64,000 nt of DNA from Prevotella sp. (GCA_024684515.1 JAIKWS010000085.1:7375-71374); one strand, 5' to 3'; positions 16,872 to 25,300 are shown, numbered from the stretch's first letter. The notes: generated by a model not told the origin, from the letters alone. Translations and numbers: made by a program.

Positions 16872-17160
16872 CTAATAATCGCAGAACAATTGACAATTCG
16901 GAAAGGAAATATAACACAAATTAACAACTCGGGGCGGAAATGGCATGGGAAGGTAGCGGACCAACGGAAGCATCACACATTATTATATATAGGAGTCGCA
17001 CCTACTTATATGCAAGAGTCACCATGCCTGTCGCAGGCATCCACGAGCAACTAACGACAAAAACGGGGATGATGCCGCTGACTTGACGCAAATTCTGCCT
17101 TCTGTCGCAACATAATGAAAAATAAAAAGGCAAAATCGGTTCTGTGTCGCAAAAAATATG

Positions 17161-17168
17161 TAATTTTG
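17161..17168 (+). promoter_or_regulatory. Candidate -7 box (TAATTTTG)
   Basis: Lies 40 nt upstream of the ATG at 17208 and inside the longer ORF-track call (17115), which argues for the downstream start. Confidence 0.5.
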
Positions 17169-17207
17169 CAGCCGGAAAACATATTACCAATCTTAAAGAG
17201 ACAGAAG

Positions 17208-18674
17208 ATGATACAAAAGCTGACAAGTATGCTGATGGCCACAATGATGGTGTGCCTCTGCATGGGTGTCGTATCGTGCAAGGACGATGACGACGATGAG
17301 AACAACGAAAGGGAAGTAGGTGGCGAGACACAGATGAGTGACAATGCCAACGACGATGCTGCCGCATTGTTGACACTGCTGAAGTATGTATGCGAATACG
17401 AGGGTGAGAGCGTAGACCCCACCATTCTGAACCAGACCTTCGAGCCTACTATCGGCACTATTGACGACGAGTCGCAGCCCACGGTGCGCACCGTGGTGGC
17501 AGGCACACTGGCCGATGCTGATGCCATTGCCGCACGGATGCTGGGCTCGCTGGGCATCAGCAACAGCCAGCCCAACGGCTTCCAGTACAGCAACGATGCC
17601 ATCGGCACCGTGAGCTACCAGCACGCCTCGGGCAGCGAGCTCGCTACCATCACCTTCGGGGTGAAGCAGATACCGCACCTGACGAAAATTGCCTTCACGG
17701 CAACGGCCAAGGACAATGCCAGCGTCACCCCCTACTATCATGTAGGCGACGTGGTAAAGTACAAGAAGAAGCTATATATCTGCGTGTCAAGCATCGGCAC
17801 AGGAAAGCCCATCGTCACTTGGGTGCACTTCGACACCACGAATGATCTGGAAAAGAAAAAGGTAAGCACCAACACCTGCAAGTGGCTGAATACGGGTAAC
17901 GACATCTACTACGATGGCAAGATGGCTGACAGAATGGCATTGTCTGACTGGATGAAGAATATCCTGTTCAAGGACGATGTCTACACCAAGCTGAGGAACA
18001 ACCTCGAAAACAGCTTGTTCGTGTCGGAAGAAGAAATAGGGGAAGTGATGCCTTCCAGCGATAAACAGTATAAGGACCTGGTGGAGGGCTGCCTGATCAA
18101 GTCGGCCGACTCACTGGTGTGGGAAGCCTGGAAACCCGTAAAAGGGGAGACAGCCCCACGATACCTGCTCGACAGGATGAATATCGAGAAGGGTGAGACT
18201 TCGTCAAGCTGGGAGATCAAGAAGTATAATGTACGAGGACTGATGCTCTGTGACCTCATGCGCTGGAGCGGGGTCTTCTCGCACGACTACTGGGTGCCCT
18301 ACATCTGTCTGATAAAGAAGAACCAGGCTACCGCCCTGACTGATGCCCTCGATCAAACACCGGCAATGACGACACTGAGCCCTAGCCACTTCAGATGGGA
18401 AACCGACGGATACATCACCTATAAGGGCGAACAGTACAACATCTTTATCGTGGCCATCCACTGGACACACGAGGCATATACACTGCCCGACAACGCTAAT
18501 TTCAAATACTACGGACTGATTGACTTCACCAACCACATACCATACCAGAGCGAAGACTATAGCGTGCGTAACATCACCTCCAGCTGGATGTCGTTTACCG
18601 ATCCGGGCAAGGCCAAGTCGGGGGTGGAAATGGTGACCTCGCTGAACGCTAAAGAATGGGTATCAAACAAGTAG
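17208..18674 (+). CDS. Surface lipoprotein of unknown function (488 aa)
   Basis: Signal MIQKLTSMLMATMMVCLCMGVVSC followed by KDDDDDENNE, a strong acidic lipoprotein export signal. No recognisable catalytic or binding motif. Confidence 0.6.
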   Translation: MIQKLTSMLMATMMVCLCMGVVSCKDDDDDENNEREVGGETQMSDNANDDAAALLTLLKYVCEYEGESVDPTILNQTFEPTIGTIDDESQPTVRTVVAGTLADADAIAARMLGSLGISNSQPNGFQYSNDAIGTVSYQHASGSELATITFGVKQIPHLTKIAFTATAKDNASVTPYYHVGDVVKYKKKLYICVSSIGTGKPIVTWVHFDTTNDLEKKKVSTNTCKWLNTGNDIYYDGKMADRMALSDWMKNILFKDDVYTKLRNNLENSLFVSEEEIGEVMPSSDKQYKDLVEGCLIKSADSLVWEAWKPVKGETAPRYLLDRMNIEKGETSSSWEIKKYNVRGLMLCDLMRWSGVFSHDYWVPYICLIKKNQATALTDALDQTPAMTTLSPSHFRWETDGYITYKGEQYNIFIVAIHWTHEAYTLPDNANFKYYGLIDFTNHIPYQSEDYSVRNITSSWMSFTDPGKAKSGVEMVTSLNAKEWVSNK

Positions 18675-18779
18675 GAAGAGCATCATGACGATACGATGAA
18701 CGGCTGCCAGCTGCTGACAACAACGATGCTGACAGGGCATTTGCAGACCGACAGCCGCTAGCATCCCAGACAAACCGAC

Positions 18780-18813
18780 TCCCCCGGCATGCCAGAAGGC
18801 ATCTGCCGGGGGA
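18780..18813 (+). terminator. Hairpin downstream of the lipoprotein gene
   Basis: Perfect 10-bp stem TCCCCCGGCA/TGCCGGGGGA plus 4 further inner pairs, about 105 nt after the stop. The trailing T tract is weak. Confidence 0.5.
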
Positions 18814-18918
18814 TGTTGGTTATGGGGGGAACGAGCGAATCGGCACAGCACAGGCACATCATTTTTTAACGATTGCTAAATATGCAGCTGTAATTGTCGG
18901 AAAATGCCGGAAAATGAC

Positions 18919-18926
18919 TAATTTTG
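18919..18926 (+). promoter_or_regulatory. Candidate -7 box (TAATTTTG)
   Basis: Falls inside the longer ORF-track call (18914). The next in-frame ATG is at 18953. Confidence 0.5.
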
Positions 18927-18952
18927 CAACCCAGACAGAGATATCACCATAC

Positions 18953-20464
18953 ATGCCAGGACAGCAGCGGACTTTTATTGCCATCGACCTGAAGTCGTTC
19001 TATGCGTCGGTAGAGTGCGTGGACAGGGGACTGGACCCGCTGACCACCCATCTCGTCGTGGCTGACGTATCGAGGACCGAAAAGACAATATGCCTGGCGG
19101 TGACACCATCGCTGAAAGCCTATGGCATCGGTGGTCGTGCCAGACTGTTCGAAGTGGTACAGAGAGTACGCGAAGTCAACGACCAGCGGAAGAGAGCTGC
19201 CGGGTGGAGGATGGCCGGGAAATCACACAACGAACAGGAGCTCAGGGCACATCCCGAACTGGAACTCGACTATATTGCCGCACCACCACGCATGGCACAC
19301 TATATCGAGGTGAGCACCAGCATTTACAAGACCTACCTGAAATACATCGCACCGGAAGACATCCATGTGTACAGCATCGACGAGGTGTTCATGGACGTCA
19401 CCGCCTATCTGCGTTACTACAGGATGACGGCCCATGAGCTGGCGATGACGATGATACGCGACGTGCTGGCCCACACAGGCATCACGGCCACGGCAGGCAT
19501 AGGCACCAACCTCTATCTGTGCAAGGTGGCCATGGATATCATGGCCAAGAAGATGCCTCCTGACAAGGATGGCGTGCGCATAGCAGAACTCGACGAGATG
19601 TCCTACCGCCACGAGCTGTGGGACTACCGCCCACTGACAAAGTTCTGGAGAGTAGGACGGGGCACAGCAGAGAAGCTGGCCGTTTATGGCATCGACACGA
19701 TGGGCAAGCTGGCACGCATGTCGGTACAGAACGAAGGACTGCTGTACAGGCTCTTCGGAGTGAACGCAGAACTGCTCATCGACCATGCCTGGGGGTGGGA
19801 GCCCTGTACGATGGAGGCTGTGAAGGCCTACCGTCCAGAGACGAACTCCTTCAGCAGCGGACAGGTGCTGCAGGAGCCCTACGACGCACACAAGGCAAGG
19901 GTGGTAGTCAGGGAGATGGCAGAGGCCATGGCCCTCGACCTGGTGTCGAAACGACTGGTGACCGACCAGCTGGTGCTGACCGTCGGCTATGATGCGGAGA
20001 GTCTGACAAGACCAGGCATACGCGACAAGTATCATGGCGAGATCACGACCAACTACTACGGGAAGGCAGTTCCGAAACATGCCCATGCCACACACAATTT
20101 CGAAAAGCCCACATCGTCGTCACGCATCATCATGGATGCTGCTGCCGCACTCTTCGACAGCTGTGTGAACGCAGACCTGCTCATCAGACGACTGAACCTG
20201 ACCACAAACCATGTGGTGGCAGAGGCATCTGCCGGGGCACAGGAGCACGTGCCACGCCAGCTAGACCTCTTCACCGACTATGAAGCCCTGGAAAAAGAAC
20301 AGCAGGAAGAGCAGGCACGTCTCGACAAGGAACGGAGGATGCAGGAGGTACAGCTGAGAATCAAGCAACGCTTCGGGAAGAATGCCATCCTCAGGGGACT
20401 GAACTTCGAGGATGGTGCCACAGCCAGGGACCGCAACGAGCAGATAGGAGGACACAAGGCATGA
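18953..20464 (+). CDS. Y-family (translesion) DNA polymerase
   Basis: Motifs FIAIDLKSFYASVEC and YSIDEVFMDVT match the catalytic Asp/Glu motifs of DinB/UmuC-type polymerases. 503 aa from the trimmed start. Confidence 0.8.
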   Translation: MPGQQRTFIAIDLKSFYASVECVDRGLDPLTTHLVVADVSRTEKTICLAVTPSLKAYGIGGRARLFEVVQRVREVNDQRKRAAGWRMAGKSHNEQELRAHPELELDYIAAPPRMAHYIEVSTSIYKTYLKYIAPEDIHVYSIDEVFMDVTAYLRYYRMTAHELAMTMIRDVLAHTGITATAGIGTNLYLCKVAMDIMAKKMPPDKDGVRIAELDEMSYRHELWDYRPLTKFWRVGRGTAEKLAVYGIDTMGKLARMSVQNEGLLYRLFGVNAELLIDHAWGWEPCTMEAVKAYRPETNSFSSGQVLQEPYDAHKARVVVREMAEAMALDLVSKRLVTDQLVLTVGYDAESLTRPGIRDKYHGEITTNYYGKAVPKHAHATHNFEKPTSSSRIIMDAAAALFDSCVNADLLIRRLNLTTNHVVAEASAGAQEHVPRQLDLFTDYEALEKEQQEEQARLDKERRMQEVQLRIKQRFGKNAILRGLNFEDGATARDRNEQIGGHKA

Positions 20465-20658
20465 CAGACCTGTACGACGATATCATCAACCTGCCTCATC
20501 ACGAGCCTACACACCATCCGAGGATGACGATGTGGAGCCGTGCGGCACAGTTTGCACCCTTTGCAGCACTCACCGGCTACGATGACGCCATCCGCAATAC
20601 AGCCCGCCAGAACGATGAAGGAACGGACAGGGGGGATGACGAAGACGGGGATGACTGA
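20461..20658 (+). CDS. YolD-like small protein (putative accessory factor of the Y-family polymerase)
   Basis: 65 aa. ATGA stop/start overlap with the polymerase gene. The motif RAAQFAPFAALTGYDD resembles the recalled YolD-family core. The C-terminal tail is acidic. Confidence 0.5.
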   Translation: MTDLYDDIINLPHHEPTHHPRMTMWSRAAQFAPFAALTGYDDAIRNTARQNDEGTDRGDDEDGDD

Positions 20659-20827
20659 ACCATCCTGACATTCCCCCATGGTTTCACATTCCGCATGAGG
20701 TTTTACAGGGTTTTTGTCAATTCACCCGTGATGGTACATATATCCGTATGATCCGGTTCCCTTTTCCTCTCTTTTCCATGCTTTTCACCAACGGTTCTGA
20801 TGCCCTGCAGTGCATCAGGATCTCATG

Positions 20828-21562
20828 TTAGTAGGGCAATGGGAAAGGCGGCTCGGTGAGACCACCATAGCTCTTTACTGAGAATTGCAGGGCCTCATCC
20901 GTAGTATACTGCTGGTAAAATGTGCAGCGAGTGACGATACCTTGCGCTGAACAGCGGTCATGGATGACGCGTACCACAGCCCATCCCTTCATCGGGTCAG
21001 CAAACTCGTCGCCCAGCAGAGCCAGACAGCCGTCCACAGTTGTCATCTCGCGGAATGGCAGTTCACGCATTTTGAACATGACACGCGGAACGCCATTATC
21101 TTGCTGCTCTGCGGTATAGAGCCACAGCTTCTGGGCATACTTCCATTCCTCGACCTTGAGATCGGTCAGCAGGGCAGCAGTACCGTTCACCTCACCCAAC
21201 TGCAGAGAAACCGAAGGCAGCGTGCCATTGCTGACGGGAATGCCAGGCATCAGAAACGAAGCATCACTCATACGTGTCTTTTCCACATATACCACTGGCA
21301 GCTTGTTGGCCAGCGATGCGAAATTCTGGTATGTGTTCCCAGGCCCCATGAACATCGTCTCGCAGAATCGCAGCATCTTCCACAATGCCGTACTGTGACG
21401 CATCTTCTGTCGCTGAATAAACTGTGGCAGCGTATTGCTACGCTTTTCTCTCGATTCCGACACACGGCCGACCATTTTGCCATTTCGTTTATAAAACGTT
21501 ACTCCTCCAATGCGAGAATTGCCGGGGACGATCAACCCCACGTCAGCTCTTTTCTTCTTCAT
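20828..21562 (-). CDS. Hypothetical protein (244 aa), no confident family assignment
   Basis: Clean ORF with no signal peptide. The basic N-terminus GLIVPGNSRIGGVTFYKRNGKMVGRVSESREKRSNTLPQFIQRQK loosely recalls DUF6266-type N-termini; this is unverified. Confidence 0.5.
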   Translation of the reverse strand: MKKKRADVGLIVPGNSRIGGVTFYKRNGKMVGRVSESREKRSNTLPQFIQRQKMRHSTALWKMLRFCETMFMGPGNTYQNFASLANKLPVVYVEKTRMSDASFLMPGIPVSNGTLPSVSLQLGEVNGTAALLTDLKVEEWKYAQKLWLYTAEQQDNGVPRVMFKMRELPFREMTTVDGCLALLGDEFADPMKGWAVVRVIHDRCSAQGIVTRCTFYQQYTTDEALQFSVKSYGGLTEPPFPLPY

Positions 21563-21643
21563 CGTTAATGTCTCCTATTTTGTTTTGTTTACTATGTTTG
21601 ATATTTGCTTCGTTCTTAGTAACCCTTTGGCAAGTCTCAGTAA

Positions 21644-21759
21644 GCTACTTATCTCGTTCGTTGTCCGCTACTTGTCCGCTACTTGTCCGCTATTTGTCCG
21701 CTACTTGTCCGCTCCATACCGAACAAATAGCGGACAAATAGCGGACAAGTAGCGCACAC
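21644..21759. repeat. Palindromic array of 11-bp-phased repeats (TTGTCCGCTAC x5 direct, TAGCGGACAA x3 inverted)
   Basis: Direct units start at 21661, 21672, 21683, 21694 and 21705. Inverted units start at 21728, 21739 and 21750. All are on an exact 11-bp register. CATACCGAACA also recurs 44 bp apart. The array lies 82-197 bp upstream of the ATG at 21562. Confidence 0.9.
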
Positions 21760-21875
21760 ATACCGAACATCGAGCGATATTGGTCGCTCTTTAGGCGCTG
21801 GGAGTAGCCTGCCAGATGCCTGCTTATAAATTGTCTTAGTGTCATGTCCATTGTCCGAAAGCATATTATTGGGTA

Positions 21876-21883
21876 CAAAGATA
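21876..21883 (-). promoter_or_regulatory. Candidate -7 box (TATCTTTG) facing the 244-aa gene
   Basis: TAnnTTTG on the minus strand. The 11-bp array would then lie in the transcribed leader or operator region. Confidence 0.35.
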
Positions 21884-22094
21884 CGCATTTTTCTCCAGAT
21901 TCGTGCAAACAGGGCAATAGTTTTTCAATCTTGATTCAGTCTTGTATGGTCGTTGCAGGTTGTGAAGGCATGTTTCTTTCTCAGAAATGAGTTCTTTTCC
22001 CATGCATCTGATGATATGCTCACAAACGGTTTTCCAGGTTTTCCAAATGTGCGGTTGGCAAAAAAGTGCTATCTAGGAATATCAAATCGACAAA

Positions 22095-22144
22095 AATTGA
22101 CACGTAGAAATACAAAATTGACAAAAAAAACATCGGAATTGACA
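22095..22144 (+). promoter_or_regulatory. Three AATTGACA boxes at exact 21-bp spacing upstream of pilus locus 2
   Basis: Boxes at 22095, 22116 and 22137 in the context (A)AAATTGACA(A). They lie 52-100 bp upstream of the -7 box at 22196. Confidence 0.5.
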
Positions 22145-22195
22145 AAAAGTAGAACAATAAGCACCCTAAAAGGATTATAATTAAAAAAAAATAAC

Positions 22196-22203
22196 TAACT
22201 TTG
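22196..22203 (+). promoter_or_regulatory. Candidate -7 box (TAACTTTG) for pilus locus 2
   Basis: Exact TAnnTTTG about 195 nt upstream of the ATG at 22398. Confidence 0.45.
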
Positions 22204-22253
22204 TATCGTGAAAATTAAACTTCGGACAGTAAATTAGAATACGAATCTCTCCT

Positions 22254-22261
22254 TATATTTG
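22254..22261 (+). promoter_or_regulatory. Alternative -7 box (TATATTTG) for pilus locus 2
   Basis: Exact TAnnTTTG about 137 nt upstream of the ATG at 22398. Confidence 0.35.
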
Positions 22262-22324
22262 TACGTGAACAGACAATCTAAGAAGTCTCACGTAACGGAC
22301 TCGATAGATGTGGCCTTGTTGCCC

Positions 22325-22339
22325 AACGTCGCATAACTA
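22325..22339 (+). promoter_or_regulatory. Leader motif AACGTCGCATAACTA shared with the pilus locus 1 leader
   Basis: 13/15 match to the minus-strand sequence at 12347-12361, at a similar distance from the start codon. Confidence 0.3.
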
Positions 22340-22397
22340 TTTTCCGCTAAAGTATATTGGAATTTCATCATCATAAAAAACAACCATTCATGAACAA

Positions 22398-23651
22398 ATG
22401 AATATCATTATGAAGTATAAGCTCGTCTTACCTTTCATATTCTTCATGGCAGGGAGCATCAGCCCTCTCTATGCTCAACAAAGAGACAGCCTTCGCTGGA
22501 CGCTGAAAACGAATGTGCTGATGTGGGCAACTACCTCCCCCACCCTAGGTGTGGAGGCACCCCTCGGCAGTCAGTGGTCGCTCGACGTGTCTGGATCTGT
22601 GAACCCCTTCACTTTTTCCGACAACCTCAAATGGAAGCACTGGCAGGTGACCGTGGAGCCCCGCTATTGGTTCAGCAACCGCTTCGAGGGTCATTTTGTC
22701 GGTATCCATGCTGGTGGAGGCGAGTTCAACATCAGTAACATGACACTGCCCTTCGGAGGTTTCAAGAAAGACTACAGATACGAGGGATGGCATGTGCGGG
22801 GAGGCATGAGCTATGGCCACCGCTGGTCGCTAGGAGGACACTGGGGACTGGAGGCTGAGCTGGGACTGGGAATAGTCTATGCCGACTATAAGCAGTTTGA
22901 CTGTGCTATTTGTGGCGACAAGAAAGATGACAAGACAAAGCTCTTCTTCGCCCCCACGCGACTAGGCATCACAGTAGCCTACACACTGGGCAGGAGAAGC
23001 AGCAAGCCTGCAGCAGTCATGCAACTCAGAGACACTATCGTGCAGTATCGTGACCGCATCATAGAGGTTGACAAGCCCCGAAATGCTGTCGCTGCCATCG
23101 TCGTGCTGCAACAGGCATATCCTTTCCTGCGGCAGGAAGGTGACAACACGGGGCAGCAGGAGGGTGTCTCTGTGCGGTTCAGACTGGACGATGGCGAGAT
23201 AGACGCCAGCTATCAGAACAACCATCACGAGCTGGAGCGGCTGTTGCAATGCATCCGCGAGGTACAGAAAGAACAGACCGTCGAACTGTCGCGAGTCACA
23301 GTGGTTGGCTATGCCTCGCCCGAGGGTGAGCAACAGCGCAACGAACAGCTGGCAGCCAGTCGTGCGGAATCGCTCAGACAGTATATTGCCACCCATGCAC
23401 CCCTGGATAGTAGCCAGATTACAGCCACCAACGGAGGTGAGGACTGGCAGGGGCTGCGACAGCTGGTGGAGGAGAGCGACATGCGGATGAAAGACCAGGT
23501 GATTGACATTATCGACCATGCCCCAGCCGCTGAACGTAAGCAGCGTCTGCAGCAACTGGATGGTGGCCGTCCCTGGCAGAGCATCAAGGATGTGCTGTTC
23601 CCACAGTTGCGCAATGCCTGCTATATTAATGTATGGTATAAAGCAAAATAG
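22398..23651 (+). CDS. DUF3575-like beta-barrel / OmpA-like outer-membrane protein; head of pilus locus 2
   Basis: Signal ends ...SISPLYAQQ. N-terminal region WTLKTNVLMWATTSPTLGVEAPLGSQWSLDVSGSVNPF. OmpA-like motif VVGYASPEGEQQRNEQLAASRAESLRQYI. The tail LQQLDGGRPWQSIKDVLFPQLRNACYINVWY parallels 15215-16843. Confidence 0.65.
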   Translation: MNIIMKYKLVLPFIFFMAGSISPLYAQQRDSLRWTLKTNVLMWATTSPTLGVEAPLGSQWSLDVSGSVNPFTFSDNLKWKHWQVTVEPRYWFSNRFEGHFVGIHAGGGEFNISNMTLPFGGFKKDYRYEGWHVRGGMSYGHRWSLGGHWGLEAELGLGIVYADYKQFDCAICGDKKDDKTKLFFAPTRLGITVAYTLGRRSSKPAAVMQLRDTIVQYRDRIIEVDKPRNAVAAIVVLQQAYPFLRQEGDNTGQQEGVSVRFRLDDGEIDASYQNNHHELERLLQCIREVQKEQTVELSRVTVVGYASPEGEQQRNEQLAASRAESLRQYIATHAPLDSSQITATNGGEDWQGLRQLVEESDMRMKDQVIDIIDHAPAAERKQRLQQLDGGRPWQSIKDVLFPQLRNACYINVWYKAK

Positions 23652-23692
23652 ACAACAAACAATATTTTTATTTATTTAATTTTCAAACGTTT

Positions 23693-25279
23693 ATGAAAAA
23701 GTATTATTATCTGAGTATGTTGGCAGCAGCGCTGCTGGCTACTGGTCTGACGAGCTGCTCGTCGGACGACGAGAACATGCCCAACGAGGTGAAGACCTCA
23801 CGTACCTGGACACAGGTGACCATCAGCGTGCCTAACGATGTGTCGACCACGCGTGCTGCTGACGCAGAGACATCAGAGGTGTATGATACTGGTACAGAAG
23901 CCGAGTACACCGTGAAGACGGCTCACCTCTACTTCTTTATGACAAACGATGGTACCAGTGACATTACCTCACCCACCCTCACCAAGGTCATAGACCTAAG
24001 CACCTTCTCTAAGATTCAGGATTATCAGACGGGCTATGAGACCAGCACAGTGGCCAATATGGCCCAGTATCGTAGTCCTTCGACGGAGACAGAGCTGGCG
24101 GATGGTACCTATAGTGTATATGCCATCGTGAACAACACACTGGCAACGGCACTGACCGAAGGTACTTCTACGGAGGCAGACTTGAAGGCCTCACTGCTCA
24201 CTGCTCCGACATTGACAAATGGAGTCATTGGTGCTACCGTTCCCAATGGCGGTATTCCTATGACCAGTCGTACGGATAACGGTGTGCTCTGCCAGACCGG
24301 TGTTGTGGTGGCTCGTGCCAATAGCGTAGAGAGTAACCCTGTTGATATCAATCTCACCATCGAGCGTGCCTGGGCCAAGGTAGCATTGGAGGCTGCAAAA
24401 ACAGCAACAAACACCAATGAGTACAACGTGTATTATAACAACGATGCCTCGGCCTATCCTACTCCTATCGGAACAGTGAAGCTGACCAGCTATCGCTTGT
24501 ACAACCTTACTCCTACTTACAATGCCTTCCGTCAGGTGGGAACTCTTACAGCAAGCAGCGGAAGCATTACGGCAGGCACAGCTGCGTATGGTAAGATAGC
24601 AACTGCTGCTCCCTATCTGCTCACGCCTTATACAGCCAGTATGACCTATGTCAGCAATGCCGTCAATACGGCCGTAACGGGAGCTTTAGGCAAGCAGACC
24701 AGCGCTGCCGCCATGCCTACAGACGAGAGTGCTTACACCACGCTGTCCTACCTGCTGGAGAACTCGATGTATGCTGACTATCAGAAGCAGGGCTATGTGA
24801 CAGGTATCGTCTTCACGGCTCAGATTACGCCTGCTACAGTCATTGTTGCCACCTCTTCTACAACTAACGACACCTACACTCAGGGTACCAGCGATCTATA
24901 CTATCTTGACTATAAGTATTACTCTTCACTTGAAGCCATCAAATATGCCAATCCCAGCCTTGCAGCAGTCACTGCTACCGACTACGGCACTTATGGCATC
25001 AAGAAGTACGAAAAAGGAATCAGCTATTACAAGTACTGGATCAAGCATTTCGACAACAATGTTCAGGGCACCATGGGCGCTATGGAGTATGCCATCGTGC
25101 GTAACAATGTGTACAACCTGAAGGTGACGGATGTCATGCTGCCTGGTGATGAGACCGAGCTTCCCACTACCGACGAGCTGACTGAGGACGTTGAGAAGAA
25201 CACCGTCTATCTGCGTGTCGCCCTCAATATCAAGCCCTGGATTGTCCGCGACCAGAGCAGTATCGTCCTTGGTAAGTAA
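23693..25279 (+). CDS. Mfa1-family type V pilin (stalk candidate of locus 2, 528 aa)
   Basis: Lipobox LTSC plus SSDDEN and a Thr-Arg site (VSTTRA). LTIERAWAKVAL, YAIVRNNVYNLKVTDV and the C-terminal VYLRVALNIKPWIVRD resemble recalled P. gingivalis Mfa1 motifs (ERSVARAMV, VVRNNIYHIHIKSI, FMSVEVTVLPWKV). Confidence 0.7.
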   Translation: MKKYYYLSMLAAALLATGLTSCSSDDENMPNEVKTSRTWTQVTISVPNDVSTTRAADAETSEVYDTGTEAEYTVKTAHLYFFMTNDGTSDITSPTLTKVIDLSTFSKIQDYQTGYETSTVANMAQYRSPSTETELADGTYSVYAIVNNTLATALTEGTSTEADLKASLLTAPTLTNGVIGATVPNGGIPMTSRTDNGVLCQTGVVVARANSVESNPVDINLTIERAWAKVALEAAKTATNTNEYNVYYNNDASAYPTPIGTVKLTSYRLYNLTPTYNAFRQVGTLTASSGSITAGTAAYGKIATAAPYLLTPYTASMTYVSNAVNTAVTGALGKQTSAAAMPTDESAYTTLSYLLENSMYADYQKQGYVTGIVFTAQITPATVIVATSSTTNDTYTQGTSDLYYLDYKYYSSLEAIKYANPSLAAVTATDYGTYGIKKYEKGISYYKYWIKHFDNNVQGTMGAMEYAIVRNNVYNLKVTDVMLPGDETELPTTDELTEDVEKNTVYLRVALNIKPWIVRDQSSIVLGK

Positions 25280-25300
25280 CATCTGAAACAGACTCAGATA

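Noticed and set aside
19223-20095. Long antisense ORFs opposite well-supported genes. Examples: 19223-20095, 37764-38876, 41125-42183, 49987-51144, 7662-8288, 26436-27179, 29262-30077, 30174-31019, 35738-36475, 45856-46371, 57145-57903 and 60404-60961.
   Set aside because: Each lies entirely within, and opposite to, a gene with clear family motifs. Their translations are low-complexity (Arg/His/Gly/Ala-rich) with no motifs. Open antisense frames of this kind are an expected artefact in GC-rich coding DNA.
16928-22397. Possibility that the block between the two pilus loci (lipoprotein, Y-family polymerase/YolD, unknown gene, iteron-like array) is an integrated mobile element.
   Set aside because: I could find no integrase, transposase, relaxase or phage structural gene, and no flanking direct repeats. 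The Y-polymerase/YolD pairing and the array are suggestive but insufficient for a mobile-element call.
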